Source: Patescibacteria group bacterium (lineage in GTDB: Bacteria > Patescibacteriota > Patescibacteriia > Buchananbacterales > UBA6539). From it: 64,000 nt of DNA. The DNA is taken from contig JAQTYZ010000001.1 of NCBI GenBank assembly GCA_028688055.1, forward strand, positions 114,910-178,909, read 5' to 3'. Numbering within the stretch: position 1 is the stretch's first letter; every line of letters begins with the position of its first letter. Under the pieces are notes generated by a model. That model made no database searches. It was not told the origin of the DNA and saw nothing but the letters and a program-made list of their open reading frames with translations. A program made the position numbers and the translations under genes. Shown piece after piece: positions 29,369 through 40,321 of this stretch.

Positions 29369-30670
29369 ATGGAAATAATGGAAAATAAAAATAGTGAACC
29401 AAAAAAAGTTCAGTTTAGCAAAATTGCCGGGTTACTTGCCGTTGTCCTGATGGCCGGATTTTTTGTGGGCGGGTTTTATTTAGGTCACTCCAATCTTATT
29501 AATTTCCCCAAGAAGACTACTTCCGGCGTCGTTAAAAATGCTGATGCCCTTCCGGATTATTTGACTAAAGATGTTGATTTTAAAGAATTTTGGGATATCT
29601 GGCAGTATGTCAAAGGCAACTTTGTAAAATCAGATGTTGCGGATACCAGATTATTTTATGGTGCCATCTCGGGCATGGTTAGTTCGTTGGGGGATCCCTA
29701 TACTGTATTTTTTGATCCGGAAATATCGAGTAAATTCGAGCAAGAGCTGTCCGGCAGTTTTGAAGGTATTGGCGCCGAAATTGGCATACGTGACAATCAC
29801 TTAACGGTGATTGCGCCGTTGCCTGGTACACCGGCGGCTAAGGCTGGGATTAAAACAGGCGACTATATTATTTCCATTGACGGTAAAGACACTTCGGGTA
29901 TTGCTTTAGATTATGCCGTTAGCATTATTCGTGGAGCTAAAGGTACGCCAGTTAAATTAAGTGTTTATACCAATGGTGATGATGCTCCGCGCGATGTTGA
30001 AATTATCAGAGATAAAATCGAAATTGATAGTGTAAAATTTTCTCAAAAATTAAGTACGGTGGCTAGTGACGATAAAAAGAATTTTGAGGTTAAAGACGGT
30101 GACATCGCTTATCTTCAGCTGCTTTATTTTAATGAAAATACCTTAGCGGACTGGAATAAAACCATTGAACAGGTAGTTAAAATGAAACCTAAGGGAATCA
30201 TTCTTGATTTAAGAAATAACCCGGGCGGTTATTTAACAACGGCCATCGAAATTGCCGGCGACTGGGTTAATGGGCGCGACGTGGTGATGGAACAGACCAG
30301 AACCGGCGAGCGGACCGCTAGTCATGCCAATCACGTTGCAAGATTGGCCAATATTCCGACGGTGGTTTTGGTTAACGGTGGTAGCGCCTCCGGTTCCGAG
30401 ATCGTCGCTGGCGCCTTGCAGGATTATAAAATGGCAACCTTAGTGGGAGAAAAAACTTTTGGTAAAGGATCCGTTCAGGATTTAAAGAATTTTCCTGATG
30501 GTTCATCGGTAAAATTAACGATTGCAGAATGGTTGACGCCGTTAGGCCGAAACATTAATAAGGAAGGTATTGCCCCTGACGTTGAAGTCAAATTAACCAA
30601 GGAAGATATTGAGGCAAATCGTGATCCGCAGCTGGATAAAGCGATAGAAATACTCAAGACGCAAAAATAG
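29369..30670 (+). CDS. ctpA: C-terminal processing peptidase, S41A family with PDZ domain
   Basis: DPYT, FEGIGAEI, DLRNNPGG, SASGSEI and TFGKGSVQ. Confidence 0.9.
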   Translation: MEIMENKNSEPKKVQFSKIAGLLAVVLMAGFFVGGFYLGHSNLINFPKKTTSGVVKNADALPDYLTKDVDFKEFWDIWQYVKGNFVKSDVADTRLFYGAISGMVSSLGDPYTVFFDPEISSKFEQELSGSFEGIGAEIGIRDNHLTVIAPLPGTPAAKAGIKTGDYIISIDGKDTSGIALDYAVSIIRGAKGTPVKLSVYTNGDDAPRDVEIIRDKIEIDSVKFSQKLSTVASDDKKNFEVKDGDIAYLQLLYFNENTLADWNKTIEQVVKMKPKGIILDLRNNPGGYLTTAIEIAGDWVNGRDVVMEQTRTGERTASHANHVARLANIPTVVLVNGGSASGSEIVAGALQDYKMATLVGEKTFGKGSVQDLKNFPDGSSVKLTIAEWLTPLGRNINKEGIAPDVEVKLTKEDIEANRDPQLDKAIEILKTQK

Positions 30671-30723
30671 TATGGTTAAAAAAATGGGTGGTAGTATGTC
30701 GCTGGTAATTCTTTTTTACCTTT

Positions 30724-32190
30724 ATGGCCAAAATCGACATTAATCCCGCTGATAAATTATTTAAATGGGGGCCGATTGATGGCAAATTGATCTATCCCGA
30801 TTTTTTTAATCAAACTTTTGTCCGGTTTCAAAAAGCCGGTTTTGTCAGTTGGCCGGATGTTTTGTGGTTGATGCAAAAAGAAAAGATGCTCTGCGTGGTG
30901 GATAATGATAATTTGTATGAATGTGGCCGGCAAAATTTTCAAAAAACAGCCCTTGATTCAAAAAAATTTAACGCCGTTTTTCGTGATTGGCAAAAGAATT
31001 TGCGGCAATGGTTACGATTTCAAAAAACGCTGTCGGCCGCAAAGCTTAGACACGCCAGTGATCAAGATTTAGCTAATATTTTTCAACAATGGGTTGAATT
31101 GTATCTTAAGTTTTGGACATTGGGGCTGTTACCGGAAGTGGCCAACTGGGGCGGTGAAATAATTTTAAATGAAAGATTAAAAAAGCTGCCATTAAAATCA
31201 GAACATGATTTTATTTTTTTGTTGGAAAAATTATCCGCGCCCGAAAAATTATCATTTTATCGGGAGGCGGAATTGGGCCTGCTAAAATTAAAAAAGCAAA
31301 TTCACGCCAGGGATTTTGAAAAAAAATTAGAGCTTCATCAACAAAAGTTTTTTTGGATTTTAAACAGTTATCATCATACAAAAATTTTATCGCTACAATA
31401 TTTTCGCCGCGAATTGCGGGCGATTGGGCCTAATTATGAGCGCAAATTGTCTGAGCTAATGAAATATACTAGCCTAGTTAAGCGCGAAAAGCAAAAGCTG
31501 ATTCGACAATATCATATTGACCCGCTAACGGCCAAAGTGGCCCAAAGGCTCGCTTTTTCGATTTGGTGGCAGGATTTACGGAAATATTACATCTTTTTAG
31601 CCAACCATTATGTCGATTTGTTCCTTCAGGAATTCTCGCGGCGACTTGGGGTTGATTTTGATGATTTGCATTATTATGGTGTCGAAGAGATGATGCGGTT
31701 GGCCAAAAGCCACAAAAAGCTTGCCAAATCAGAAATTAACCACCGGAAAAATAATTTGGTTGTCCACTACTCCCAAAATGCTAATTCATTGGAGTACATT
31801 TCTGGCAGAAAAGCCGCGGACATTATTAAAAAATATACGGCTATAAAAGTTGAGAAGAATTTGACCACTTTAAGTGGTACCGTGGTTAGTAAGGGGCAAA
31901 AGGTGCAAGCTCTGGTAACAGTGATTTTATCAGCTAAAGATTTTACTAAGATGAGGCCTGGTGATATTTTGGTGACAGCGATGACATCACCCGATTACAT
32001 TATGGTAATAAAGAAAGCGGCCGCCATTGTCACCGATGAAGGCGGGTTAACTAGTCACGCGGCCATTGTGTCACGGGAACTTGGTATTCCCTGTATTGTT
32101 GGAACAAAAGTAGCAACACGAGTTTTGAAAGATGGTGATTTAGTTGAGGTCGATACGATCAAAGGGGTGGTTAAAAAAATTGCTAAATGA
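30724..32190 (+). CDS. Unknown N-terminal domain + PEP-utilising mobile (phospho-His swivel) domain, paralog 1
   Basis: C-terminal [33 protein letters not shown] (His445). Confidence 0.85.
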   Translation: MAKIDINPADKLFKWGPIDGKLIYPDFFNQTFVRFQKAGFVSWPDVLWLMQKEKMLCVVDNDNLYECGRQNFQKTALDSKKFNAVFRDWQKNLRQWLRFQKTLSAAKLRHASDQDLANIFQQWVELYLKFWTLGLLPEVANWGGEIILNERLKKLPLKSEHDFIFLLEKLSAPEKLSFYREAELGLLKLKKQIHARDFEKKLELHQQKFFWILNSYHHTKILSLQYFRRELRAIGPNYERKLSELMKYTSLVKREKQKLIRQYHIDPLTAKVAQRLAFSIWWQDLRKYYIFLANHYVDLFLQEFSRRLGVDFDDLHYYGVEEMMRLAKSHKKLAKSEINHRKNNLVVHYSQNANSLEYISGRKAADIIKKYTAIKVEKNLTTLSGTVVSKGQKVQALVTVILSAKDFTKMRPGDILVTAMTSPDYIMVIKKAAAIVTDEGGLTSHAAIVSRELGIPCIVGTKVATRVLKDGDLVEVDTIKGVVKKIAK

Positions 32191-32193
32191 AGT

Positions 32194-33654
32194 ATGTCTA
32201 AAACATGTGTCAATTGGAGACTCTATGAGCGTAATAATATTTATCCGCAGAGTCTTTCGCCGTATCTTGAATTGGTTAATTTGTCACAGAGTAAAAAGTA
32301 TCCTTATATTGCTAATCATCACGAAGTTTTGACTTTTCAAGATGGTTATCTTTGGTGGGCGCGTGATGCCGACGCCATTGAAAAAGACGCTCGCAGATGG
32401 GTTCGAGATTGGCTTTATTCAAAAAGCGAATTAAAAGATCTTTTAATACTTTTTGATTGCCTAGGGCATAGTAATCAAAATATTTTGCCATCTTTAGCAA
32501 AGATAAAAGTCAAAAATATTGGTAGTGATGAATTATATGGTTTATATGAAAAAACAAAAAATATCTTTTTAAGTGGAGTTATTTTTGATGAATACGCCAT
32601 TGATCTTTTTGATGATTTTTCTGGTAATATTTTTTCCGAAAAAATTCGTGGCTATACCAAGGGACTAATTAGCCAAGAAGATATTAGACAATTATTAAGG
32701 CCAGCGTCGATTACCAAAAGTCTTCAATATCGAAAAAAACTTTTAGAGTTTTCGTTTGTAAAAAATGTTCTCCCTTCTGAGTTACAAAAAATTGCCAATC
32801 AGTTTTGTTGGATTGCGATGGGTTGGGATGGAAGCAACGAATTAACTGTTGCTAAACTAAAAAGTGACCTAGCTAAGCTGAAAAAAGTAAGTATCAATGA
32901 TCGTACCAAGGAACTCAAAAAAATTAAGAACTTTGGCCAATCGGTACGCCTTGAAAGAAAAAGGATATTGAAAAAATATAAGTTGCCTCAAAAAAAATTG
33001 AAACCGCTTTTTTACCTTTTGGATATTTTTGTTGTTTTCCACGACCGGCGCAAAGAGCATCAAATGAACTGTAATAAAATTATTTTTCCGGTTTTAAAAG
33101 AAATTGCCAAAAGGTTTAAAGTGGATTACGGTGACCTGCTGTTTTATTTTAATTCCGACATCAAAAATTTATGTTTGGACAGAAAAAAATTAAGCGCTTC
33201 AGAAATTAAAAAAAGGAAAAACGGGATTACCTGGGTAATCAGTGACAGAAAAGCTAGAATTTTTTTAGGTCTGAGGGCAAAAAAAGTATTAAATATGTTA
33301 GTTCTTTCAAGCTTTAAAGCAGATAATGTTTTGGAAATTTCAGGCGAAACAGCTTCGGGCGGAAAAGTTAACGGTAAAGTTTTTGTAACTAAGAGTTCTA
33401 AACTGGCGCTTAAAAATTTCAAAAAAGGTGATATTTTAGTAACGACGATGACAACGGTGGATTATTTGCCGGTGATGAAATTAGCCAGTGCTATTGTAAC
33501 TGATGATGGGGGATTAACCTGTCACGCGGCGATTATTTCAAGGGAGTTAGGTATTCCTTGTGTGGTTGCCACTAAAATTGCCACTCAGATTTTTAAAACC
33601 GGTGATAGGGTTGAGGTTGATGCTGATCAGGGGGTAATTAAAAAGTTAACATAA
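32194..33654 (+). CDS. Unknown N-terminal domain + phospho-His swivel domain, paralog 2
   Basis: [21 protein letters not shown] (His444). Confidence 0.85.
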   Translation: MSKTCVNWRLYERNNIYPQSLSPYLELVNLSQSKKYPYIANHHEVLTFQDGYLWWARDADAIEKDARRWVRDWLYSKSELKDLLILFDCLGHSNQNILPSLAKIKVKNIGSDELYGLYEKTKNIFLSGVIFDEYAIDLFDDFSGNIFSEKIRGYTKGLISQEDIRQLLRPASITKSLQYRKKLLEFSFVKNVLPSELQKIANQFCWIAMGWDGSNELTVAKLKSDLAKLKKVSINDRTKELKKIKNFGQSVRLERKRILKKYKLPQKKLKPLFYLLDIFVVFHDRRKEHQMNCNKIIFPVLKEIAKRFKVDYGDLLFYFNSDIKNLCLDRKKLSASEIKKRKNGITWVISDRKARIFLGLRAKKVLNMLVLSSFKADNVLEISGETASGGKVNGKVFVTKSSKLALKNFKKGDILVTTMTTVDYLPVMKLASAIVTDDGGLTCHAAIISRELGIPCVVATKIATQIFKTGDRVEVDADQGVIKKLT

Positions 33655-33657
33655 CTT

Positions 33658-35244
33658 ATGACGTCGATGCAGTTTAAAAAGGGTTTAATTAAAAAAGACC
33701 TAGAAAAATTAAAGCAGAAAGAATGGTATCACCAAAGGTTTGATGGTTGTCCCAACCTTATTTATTTAATTGGTCAGATGGAGCTGGAGCCAGAATCGAG
33801 AAAAGAAGTTGGTGGAGAATTCATCAATCATTTGATAATTTTTAATAATGATCGGGTTGATTGGTATATTGATTTAGCTGACATTAATCGTGTCTCCAAT
33901 ATTTTTTTTAAAAAAAGTTATCGCCAGTCCTTGGGAATCGGAAAAAGGATTATGAAGAAATGGGATAATAATAAAGTAGCTTTTCATAAAAAGTGCTTGG
34001 AATTGGATAAAATAAATTTAACTAAGCTTACCAATAATGAATTGAAAAATTTATATGAAGATTTTTTCAGGACGTATTTTGGTTGGACCAGCATGAGTTC
34101 TGTGATTGATGGTTTTGCCTTGGGGAGTGATCAATTTATTGAAACAGAGTTAAAAAAATTTTTAAGTAGCCAAAAAATTGCCACTGGTCAAGGAATATTT
34201 TTTTCAACATTGACGGCGCCGACAAACCAATCATTTATCAATGAGGCCGAAATCTCATTATTGAAAGTAGCTCTAAAAATTTATCAGAATCAGAAATTAA
34301 GAAAAATTTTTATTGCCAACAATGTCAATTCAATTTATAAAAAAATTAATCATTTTCCGGTTGAATATCAGGCCCTGCGAAAACATCAACATAATTTTTT
34401 TTGGGGTAAAAACAATTATGTTGATAGCAATATTTTAAGTATTTCTTTTTTTATTAAGGAAATTAAACAATTATTGAAAAACAATATTGACGTATCAGCT
34501 CAGATCAAAAGAATTGAAACGGTGCCAATCAAAAATAAAATTGATAAACAAAAATTAATAAAAAAATTAAAGTTGCCCAAGTTTCTTCTTAATCTAATCG
34601 AAATATCAGAAACATTTACCTACTGGCAAGATGAGCGAAAAAAATATACTTTTTTGGCAACTTATTATGGTTCAACTTTTTTAGCTGAAATCGGCAGACG
34701 TTTTGACTACCCCTTGGTTGAAATGAAATATTTATTTTTTTCGGAAATTATAACATTATTTACTGGCCAGGGGCATTATGTCTCTAGGCAAGAAGCGCAG
34801 CAGCGTAGAAAATTTAGTTTTCATTATGATCATCGGCAAGCTTATGAGATAATCACCGGTGCGGCGGCTCGTGAGGTTTCGAAAGCCATCTTTAAAGTTG
34901 GTGTTAAAAAAAGTATTAATGATTTCCGTGGGTTAAGTGCCTCGAGTGGTAAGGTGCGAGGAATTGTTAAAATCGTCACCAGCGCTCACGAAATAAATAA
35001 AGTTAATCGGGGAGATATTTTAGTAGCCGTAATGACTCGGCCAGATTATATTGTAGGTATGAAAAAAGCCGCGGCCATAATTACTAATGAGGGCGGCGTT
35101 ACTTGTCATGCCGCTATTGTCGCTAGAGAGTTAGGGATTCCGTGTGTCATTGGCACTAAAATTGCCACCGAAGTTTTAAGCGATGGTGATTTAGTGGATG
35201 TTAATGGTAATCATGGGGTGGTGACTATTATAAAAAGAAAATAA
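33658..35244 (+). CDS. Unknown N-terminal domain + phospho-His swivel domain, paralog 3
   Basis: TNEGGVTCHAAIVARELGIPC (His484). Confidence 0.85.
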   Translation: MTSMQFKKGLIKKDLEKLKQKEWYHQRFDGCPNLIYLIGQMELEPESRKEVGGEFINHLIIFNNDRVDWYIDLADINRVSNIFFKKSYRQSLGIGKRIMKKWDNNKVAFHKKCLELDKINLTKLTNNELKNLYEDFFRTYFGWTSMSSVIDGFALGSDQFIETELKKFLSSQKIATGQGIFFSTLTAPTNQSFINEAEISLLKVALKIYQNQKLRKIFIANNVNSIYKKINHFPVEYQALRKHQHNFFWGKNNYVDSNILSISFFIKEIKQLLKNNIDVSAQIKRIETVPIKNKIDKQKLIKKLKLPKFLLNLIEISETFTYWQDERKKYTFLATYYGSTFLAEIGRRFDYPLVEMKYLFFSEIITLFTGQGHYVSRQEAQQRRKFSFHYDHRQAYEIITGAAAREVSKAIFKVGVKKSINDFRGLSASSGKVRGIVKIVTSAHEINKVNRGDILVAVMTRPDYIVGMKKAAAIITNEGGVTCHAAIVARELGIPCVIGTKIATEVLSDGDLVDVNGNHGVVTIIKRK

Positions 35245-35261
35245 TTAATTGCAAAAAAAAT

Positions 35262-36038
35262 ATGGAGAGTTTACATAATCGTGATTCTATTATTGCTCGT
35301 CACGCCGACAAGGGGTCATGGCAGATAAGTGAAGAATCGTTGACACAAATTTTTCCAGCCAAACAAGCAGCCTTGGTGGTGGAAGTTTTGCAAAATGACT
35401 TTCCGGAAATGATTGAAGCCGGTGAAACGCCCCTTACCCTTGAAGGAATTCAGCGTAGCTTAAAATTGGCTGAAAATCTTTATGATAAGCTTCCAGCGGA
35501 ATCAATTTTAGTGACACTTGATAGTGGTAAGGACAGGGCTAAATTATGTCGTCATCTGGTGACTGAACGTTTAAGCCAGCTGGAAGGAAAAGAAAAAATA
35601 ATTGATATGCTGGAAATTGATGAAAAGGAAATTGTGAGTTTATTGGCCGATTCAAATCCTGATACCTGGGCTCCTTATGAACTGATGATGAAAAATGATG
35701 GCCTTGATGAAGGTGAGGCCATATTTCGGTGGTTAAATGATATGAATGATCCAAGCATTGATGTGGCGCCTGAAAAATCACCCAAAGAATCAGCAGAAAG
35801 ATATCGACAATTAGTTAAGCTGATCCATGGCAGCATAACACAGGCGCAGGATGGCAATTCGCATCAACGGCAATCGCCAGTAATTTTGTTTGGCGTCGGT
35901 CATTCTGGGTCGTTAGGGCAGGCACTTTATGAAGATCGCGGGGGCATAACAGCAGAAGAGGTGCCGCATTTTTGTGAGCAATTTCAATTTAATAATGATG
36001 GAAAAATTGTTGCTTCAGAAAAAGTTGATTTAAATTGA
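35262..36038 (+). CDS. Divergent histidine phosphatase superfamily protein
   Basis: IIARHA, PLTLEG, SGKDRA and GVGHSG follow the RHG..LT..G..RA..H pattern. Confidence 0.6.
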   Translation: MESLHNRDSIIARHADKGSWQISEESLTQIFPAKQAALVVEVLQNDFPEMIEAGETPLTLEGIQRSLKLAENLYDKLPAESILVTLDSGKDRAKLCRHLVTERLSQLEGKEKIIDMLEIDEKEIVSLLADSNPDTWAPYELMMKNDGLDEGEAIFRWLNDMNDPSIDVAPEKSPKESAERYRQLVKLIHGSITQAQDGNSHQRQSPVILFGVGHSGSLGQALYEDRGGITAEEVPHFCEQFQFNNDGKIVASEKVDLN

Positions 36039-36218
36039 GTAATTGTCAGATGTTTGTCGAAGCGGTAAAATCATTAAGGACGAAATTTCCTGATTTTTCC
36101 TATCATTTGTATCACATTTTAAATGGTAATTCAGACATAAGCGACAAAGGGGACTACTAGGAAATTGGAAGTTTGTATGACTTTTTAGCTAACGAGATGA
36201 GTATTAATACCTAATGAA

Positions 36219-37184
36219 ATGACTAAATATATTTTACCTTTTTTTAAAATTTCTAAAAAAGATGCAGCAATCGCCGGCGGTAAGGGCGCGTCGCTGGGCG
36301 AAATGACCCAGACAGGTATTCCGGTGCCATCGGGGTTTGTGATTGTTGCTGACGCGTATAATTATTTTATTGATAGCGTTGCGAAAAATGAAGTCGCCGA
36401 AGTCGGGCTAGACATTAAAGCCCAGCTGAAAGAGGTTAATTTTAAAGACACTAATTCTATTGATAAAGCGTCGAACGTTATTCGTGATATTTTGCACGAT
36501 ACCAAAATTCCCAGTGACTTAGCTGATCAAATTAAAAATGAATTTAAGAAATTAAATACAAAATTTGTTGCCGTGCGCTCATCGGCCACGGCCGAAGATT
36601 CATCTATTGCTTCATGGGCCGGGGAGCTGGAGACATATTTGAATACGACTGAAAAAACATTACTCCAAAATGTCCGGCGCTGTTGGTCGTCGCTTTTTAC
36701 GCCGCGGGCGATTTTTTATCGCTATGAAAAAAAGATGTCAGATCAACACGTGGCGGTAGCGGTGGTGGTGCAAAAAATGGTGGAGTCAGAAATTTCCGGC
36801 ATTACTTTTACTGTTCATCCGGTGACCAAAGACAAAAATCAAATGATTATTGAGGCTGGGTTTGGGTTAGGCGAAGCCATTGTGTCCGGCCAAATTACGC
36901 CGGACAGTTATGTCGTTGGTAAAAAAGATTTTAGTATTTTTGATATTAATGTCGCCGAACAAAAGAAAATGTTGGTTCGCAAAGGCGCGGGCGGCGATAA
37001 TGTTTGGAAAACCATTGCTAAATCAAAACAGGAGAGCCAAAAGTTGACGGGCAGACAAATTATCGAGCTGGCAAAAATTTGTGCAAATATCGAGAAACAT
37101 TACAAAAAGCCGCAAGATATTGAGTGGGCATTTGCTAAAGGAAAATTTTATATCACTCAATCTCGGCCGATCACCACTTTGTAG
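36219..37184 (+). CDS. Stand-alone PEP synthase/PPDK N-terminal ATP-grasp (nucleotide-binding) domain
   Basis: GGKGASLGEM, AVRSSATAED, VQKMV, GLGEAIVSG, QDIEWA; ends FYITQSRPITTL-stop. No His domain or pyruvate-binding barrel. Confidence 0.9.
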   Translation: MTKYILPFFKISKKDAAIAGGKGASLGEMTQTGIPVPSGFVIVADAYNYFIDSVAKNEVAEVGLDIKAQLKEVNFKDTNSIDKASNVIRDILHDTKIPSDLADQIKNEFKKLNTKFVAVRSSATAEDSSIASWAGELETYLNTTEKTLLQNVRRCWSSLFTPRAIFYRYEKKMSDQHVAVAVVVQKMVESEISGITFTVHPVTKDKNQMIIEAGFGLGEAIVSGQITPDSYVVGKKDFSIFDINVAEQKKMLVRKGAGGDNVWKTIAKSKQESQKLTGRQIIELAKICANIEKHYKKPQDIEWAFAKGKFYITQSRPITTL

Positions 37185-37217
37185 CCTAAATTTTTTATTA
37201 TTAATTTTTTAAAAATT

Positions 37218-38705
37218 ATGGTAGGAGCAGTAATGAGGTCGGGAAAATGGCGTATTAAGCCGTCGGGTCAGTTGCCAATTTTTTTGAGATTTATGATTAA
37301 TTCTAGTTTTGATAAAGCAATTTCGAATAAAGCGGGGATTAAACATAATATTGCTAATCGTGTTTATCTTAATCACATGATGTATTGGCCAGCTTCAGAG
37401 TATGACGCTTTTGAGAAGGAGATAGTTGACCATTTAAAAAAACAAGACGGTTGGTTGGAAAAATATTGCTATCGTGAGCTAAAAAAATCAGAGCATTTAT
37501 ATAACCTAGGTTTAAAATTAGAGAAAGTAGATTGGGCTAAAAAAACTAATGCAGAGATGGAGAAAATTTTAGACAATCTGCTTGGTTTATATCGCGAATT
37601 AGCTTGCCCTTGGTATGCCCAATATCCAATTGATATTTACTATGAAAGTGTTATTGAAGAAAAACTTTTAACATTAATCCGAGCCGATCATCATGATTTT
37701 AGAAAATTTGTTTTAATTTTTACTGATCCGAAAGAAATGACTGATGTTGCCAAAGAGCGGTGGGAATTGATGAAATTAGCTAAAAAACTTAAACAGAATG
37801 GTGAGAAATTGGTTAATTTGTCTCAGATAGCAGAAGCTAGCATAAAAAAGCATCTGTCTATGTTTGCGTATATTAATCGCGGTTTGGCAACCAGTAAACC
37901 ATATACCCGAAAAGATATAATTTCTAGAATTAAGGAAGCATGGGCAGCCAAGGAAGGTTTAGACGAACTAATTAGTTATAGCTCACCGAAAAAAATCATT
38001 GAAGATTATAAATGGGCTTTAAACCAAGTTAAGCCAGACGGTATCTTTAAAAAAATTATTGATCAGGCTCGTTTGCATTCTTACACCAGAAATCGTCGAG
38101 TAGAAGCACTTTTTTTGGCTGACTATGGAGCCAGTTTTATGTATCATGAAATTGCTAAAAGGAGTAAATTTAATCCCAATTGGATAATGGAAGTAAGTAT
38201 TCCGGAAATGTATGAAGCGTTGCATGGACAAAAATTGCCAAATAAGGTTGAAATGCAAAGACGCCTTAAAAACTATGCCATGATTGTCAGAAATGCTAAT
38301 ACTAGACTTATCACCGATCCGGTTGAAATAAAAAAAATGGAAAAAAAATATATAGTAAAAAATGATCAAGTTAATCAGATTCAAGGTCGAGTAGCCTGTT
38401 TGGGCGGAGTCATACGCGGCCGAGCAAAAATTTGTCTGGATAAATCAGATATTGGTAAAGTTAAGAGAGGTGATGTGTTAGTAGCGCAGTTTACCACGCC
38501 TGATTTTGTACCAGCGATGGAACGCGCGGTGGCTATTGTGGCTGATCAAGGCGGTTTGTCATCGCATGCCGCTATCGTTTCTCGTGAGTTAGGTGTTCCT
38601 TGCGTGATGGCAACTGAGAATGGTACAAGGGTGATTAAGGATAATGATCTAATAGAAGTTAATGCTCGCACCGGTGTTATCAAAATAATAAAGCGAGCCA
38701 AATGA
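37218..38705 (+). CDS. Unknown N-terminal domain + phospho-His swivel domain, paralog 4
   Basis: [21 protein letters not shown] (His450). Confidence 0.85.
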   Translation: MVGAVMRSGKWRIKPSGQLPIFLRFMINSSFDKAISNKAGIKHNIANRVYLNHMMYWPASEYDAFEKEIVDHLKKQDGWLEKYCYRELKKSEHLYNLGLKLEKVDWAKKTNAEMEKILDNLLGLYRELACPWYAQYPIDIYYESVIEEKLLTLIRADHHDFRKFVLIFTDPKEMTDVAKERWELMKLAKKLKQNGEKLVNLSQIAEASIKKHLSMFAYINRGLATSKPYTRKDIISRIKEAWAAKEGLDELISYSSPKKIIEDYKWALNQVKPDGIFKKIIDQARLHSYTRNRRVEALFLADYGASFMYHEIAKRSKFNPNWIMEVSIPEMYEALHGQKLPNKVEMQRRLKNYAMIVRNANTRLITDPVEIKKMEKKYIVKNDQVNQIQGRVACLGGVIRGRAKICLDKSDIGKVKRGDVLVAQFTTPDFVPAMERAVAIVADQGGLSSHAAIVSRELGVPCVMATENGTRVIKDNDLIEVNARTGVIKIIKRAK

Positions 38706-39304
38706 TAAAAGCAGTATTTTTTGACTCCGGTAGAGTCTTGGTTCAGGAAGATTATGTGTCTTGTATTGCTGAATACGAAGAAAAGCTTGGTATCAAAAAG
38801 GGAAAATTATATGAGTCTGTCCATGATAGGCTATACTGGACTGATTTTACTCTAGGTAAAATCACGGAAGAAAATTATTTCAATCAGCTGGCTAATGATT
38901 TTGTGGGGAGTTTAGACATCGAAAAGCTTAAAGAAGTAATTTATGATAATTTTATTCTTAATACTGAGTTAGCGGATTATCTTATAACTTTGAAAGATAG
39001 ATTTACATTGGGGATAATTTCTAATAATCCCAAAGAATGGTTTGATTATTGTTCAAAGATATTTGACTGGCAAGATATTTTTGACGTCAAGGCGGTTTCA
39101 GGTTATCTACATATTCGTAAACCTGATATAAGAATATTTCAGCAGGCCTTAGAAATTGCTAAAATAAATGGCAATGAAGCAATTTACGTTGACGACAGGC
39201 CTGATCGGGTGGACGGTGCGAAGGCTCTGGGTATGAAAATTATAATTTATAGCAATGTTGAAAAATTTAAAATTGATTTACATAATATTATAAATAATAA
39301 ATAA
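38702..39304 (+). CDS. HAD-superfamily (IA) phosphatase
   Basis: FFDSGRVL, ISNN, RKPD and YVDD. Confidence 0.85.
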   Translation: MIKAVFFDSGRVLVQEDYVSCIAEYEEKLGIKKGKLYESVHDRLYWTDFTLGKITEENYFNQLANDFVGSLDIEKLKEVIYDNFILNTELADYLITLKDRFTLGIISNNPKEWFDYCSKIFDWQDIFDVKAVSGYLHIRKPDIRIFQQALEIAKINGNEAIYVDDRPDRVDGAKALGMKIIIYSNVEKFKIDLHNIINNK

Positions 39305-39308
39305 ATTT

Positions 39309-40280
39309 ATGATGACAAGGCTAAGTCATGAGACAGGATATGGGTCGGAACAAGAAAAAAAACCAGAAACTCAAGTTGACCTTTATTTAATGAGGCATTC
39401 AAATCGTTTCGCTGGTAAAGGTGAATGGGAAGATCCGAATACTGGGGAAAAGATTGTCTTTGATGATACGGAAAATCTAACCCCAGAAGGCAAACTGCGC
39501 GCGCGAGAATTTGGTCAGTTGATAGGCCATGGTCATGACCACATTGTTAGTATTGGCAGTATGGAGGCCAGGGCAGCTGAGACTGGTGCGGATATTGAGG
39601 CGGGAGCCGAAGAGCCAATCAATATTAGAGATCAAGACGGTGGTCGAGTCGTTAATCAGGCCAGGGGAATAACTTATAGAGAATTTGGGTCAGAGACTCA
39701 AGGTGTCTTAAAAAACATTAAGCCAATGATTAATGAGCAGGCTGGTCAGCATCCTCAATATGGCATTTTGCCTCCTGAAGAAAGGGCATCGGTTCGGCAA
39801 GAAGCCCAAGAGGTAGGTTTAAGAGAGGCCATGAAAGATTCTGGAATTGTTGAAGAAGCGGCTGAAGGTGTAGCTTATAATTTATATACTTTACGAGAAA
39901 TAGCTAAAGATGTTAAGCCAGATTTAAAACCAGCCTTACCCTTGGTTAGTCACGGTATTTATAATGAATCTTTTTTAAAGAAAGCGTTGATAATTGAAAA
40001 TAGTGATGGTACTCACCAAGCCGGCTTTGAAGACGTTGATGAAATCGGCGGATTTTTTGCGCCAGCTGAGGCTTTTAAGATCAGAATAATACGGGACGCG
40101 AATGGCCACGAACGGTATGAGTGCGAATTTACCGACCCCAAACGACAAGAATTATTCAGAGATAAGCAGTTGTCAGTTGATTGGACAATAATTGAAGAAT
40201 TATTTCATCGGTATGATGAAAGATTAGCTCAGCGAGAGGGTCGCCAACCACATTGGCCTAAAGTTGAGAAAGCTAATTAA
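39309..40280 (+). CDS. Divergent histidine phosphatase superfamily protein
   Basis: LYLMRHS, NLTPEG, RAAETG and LVSHG. Confidence 0.7.
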   Translation: MMTRLSHETGYGSEQEKKPETQVDLYLMRHSNRFAGKGEWEDPNTGEKIVFDDTENLTPEGKLRAREFGQLIGHGHDHIVSIGSMEARAAETGADIEAGAEEPINIRDQDGGRVVNQARGITYREFGSETQGVLKNIKPMINEQAGQHPQYGILPPEERASVRQEAQEVGLREAMKDSGIVEEAAEGVAYNLYTLREIAKDVKPDLKPALPLVSHGIYNESFLKKALIIENSDGTHQAGFEDVDEIGGFFAPAEAFKIRIIRDANGHERYECEFTDPKRQELFRDKQLSVDWTIIEELFHRYDERLAQREGRQPHWPKVEKAN

Positions 40281-40321
40281 TCTAGTTTTATTCTAATTAC
40301 CACTAAGTAATTTTGTCGTAA

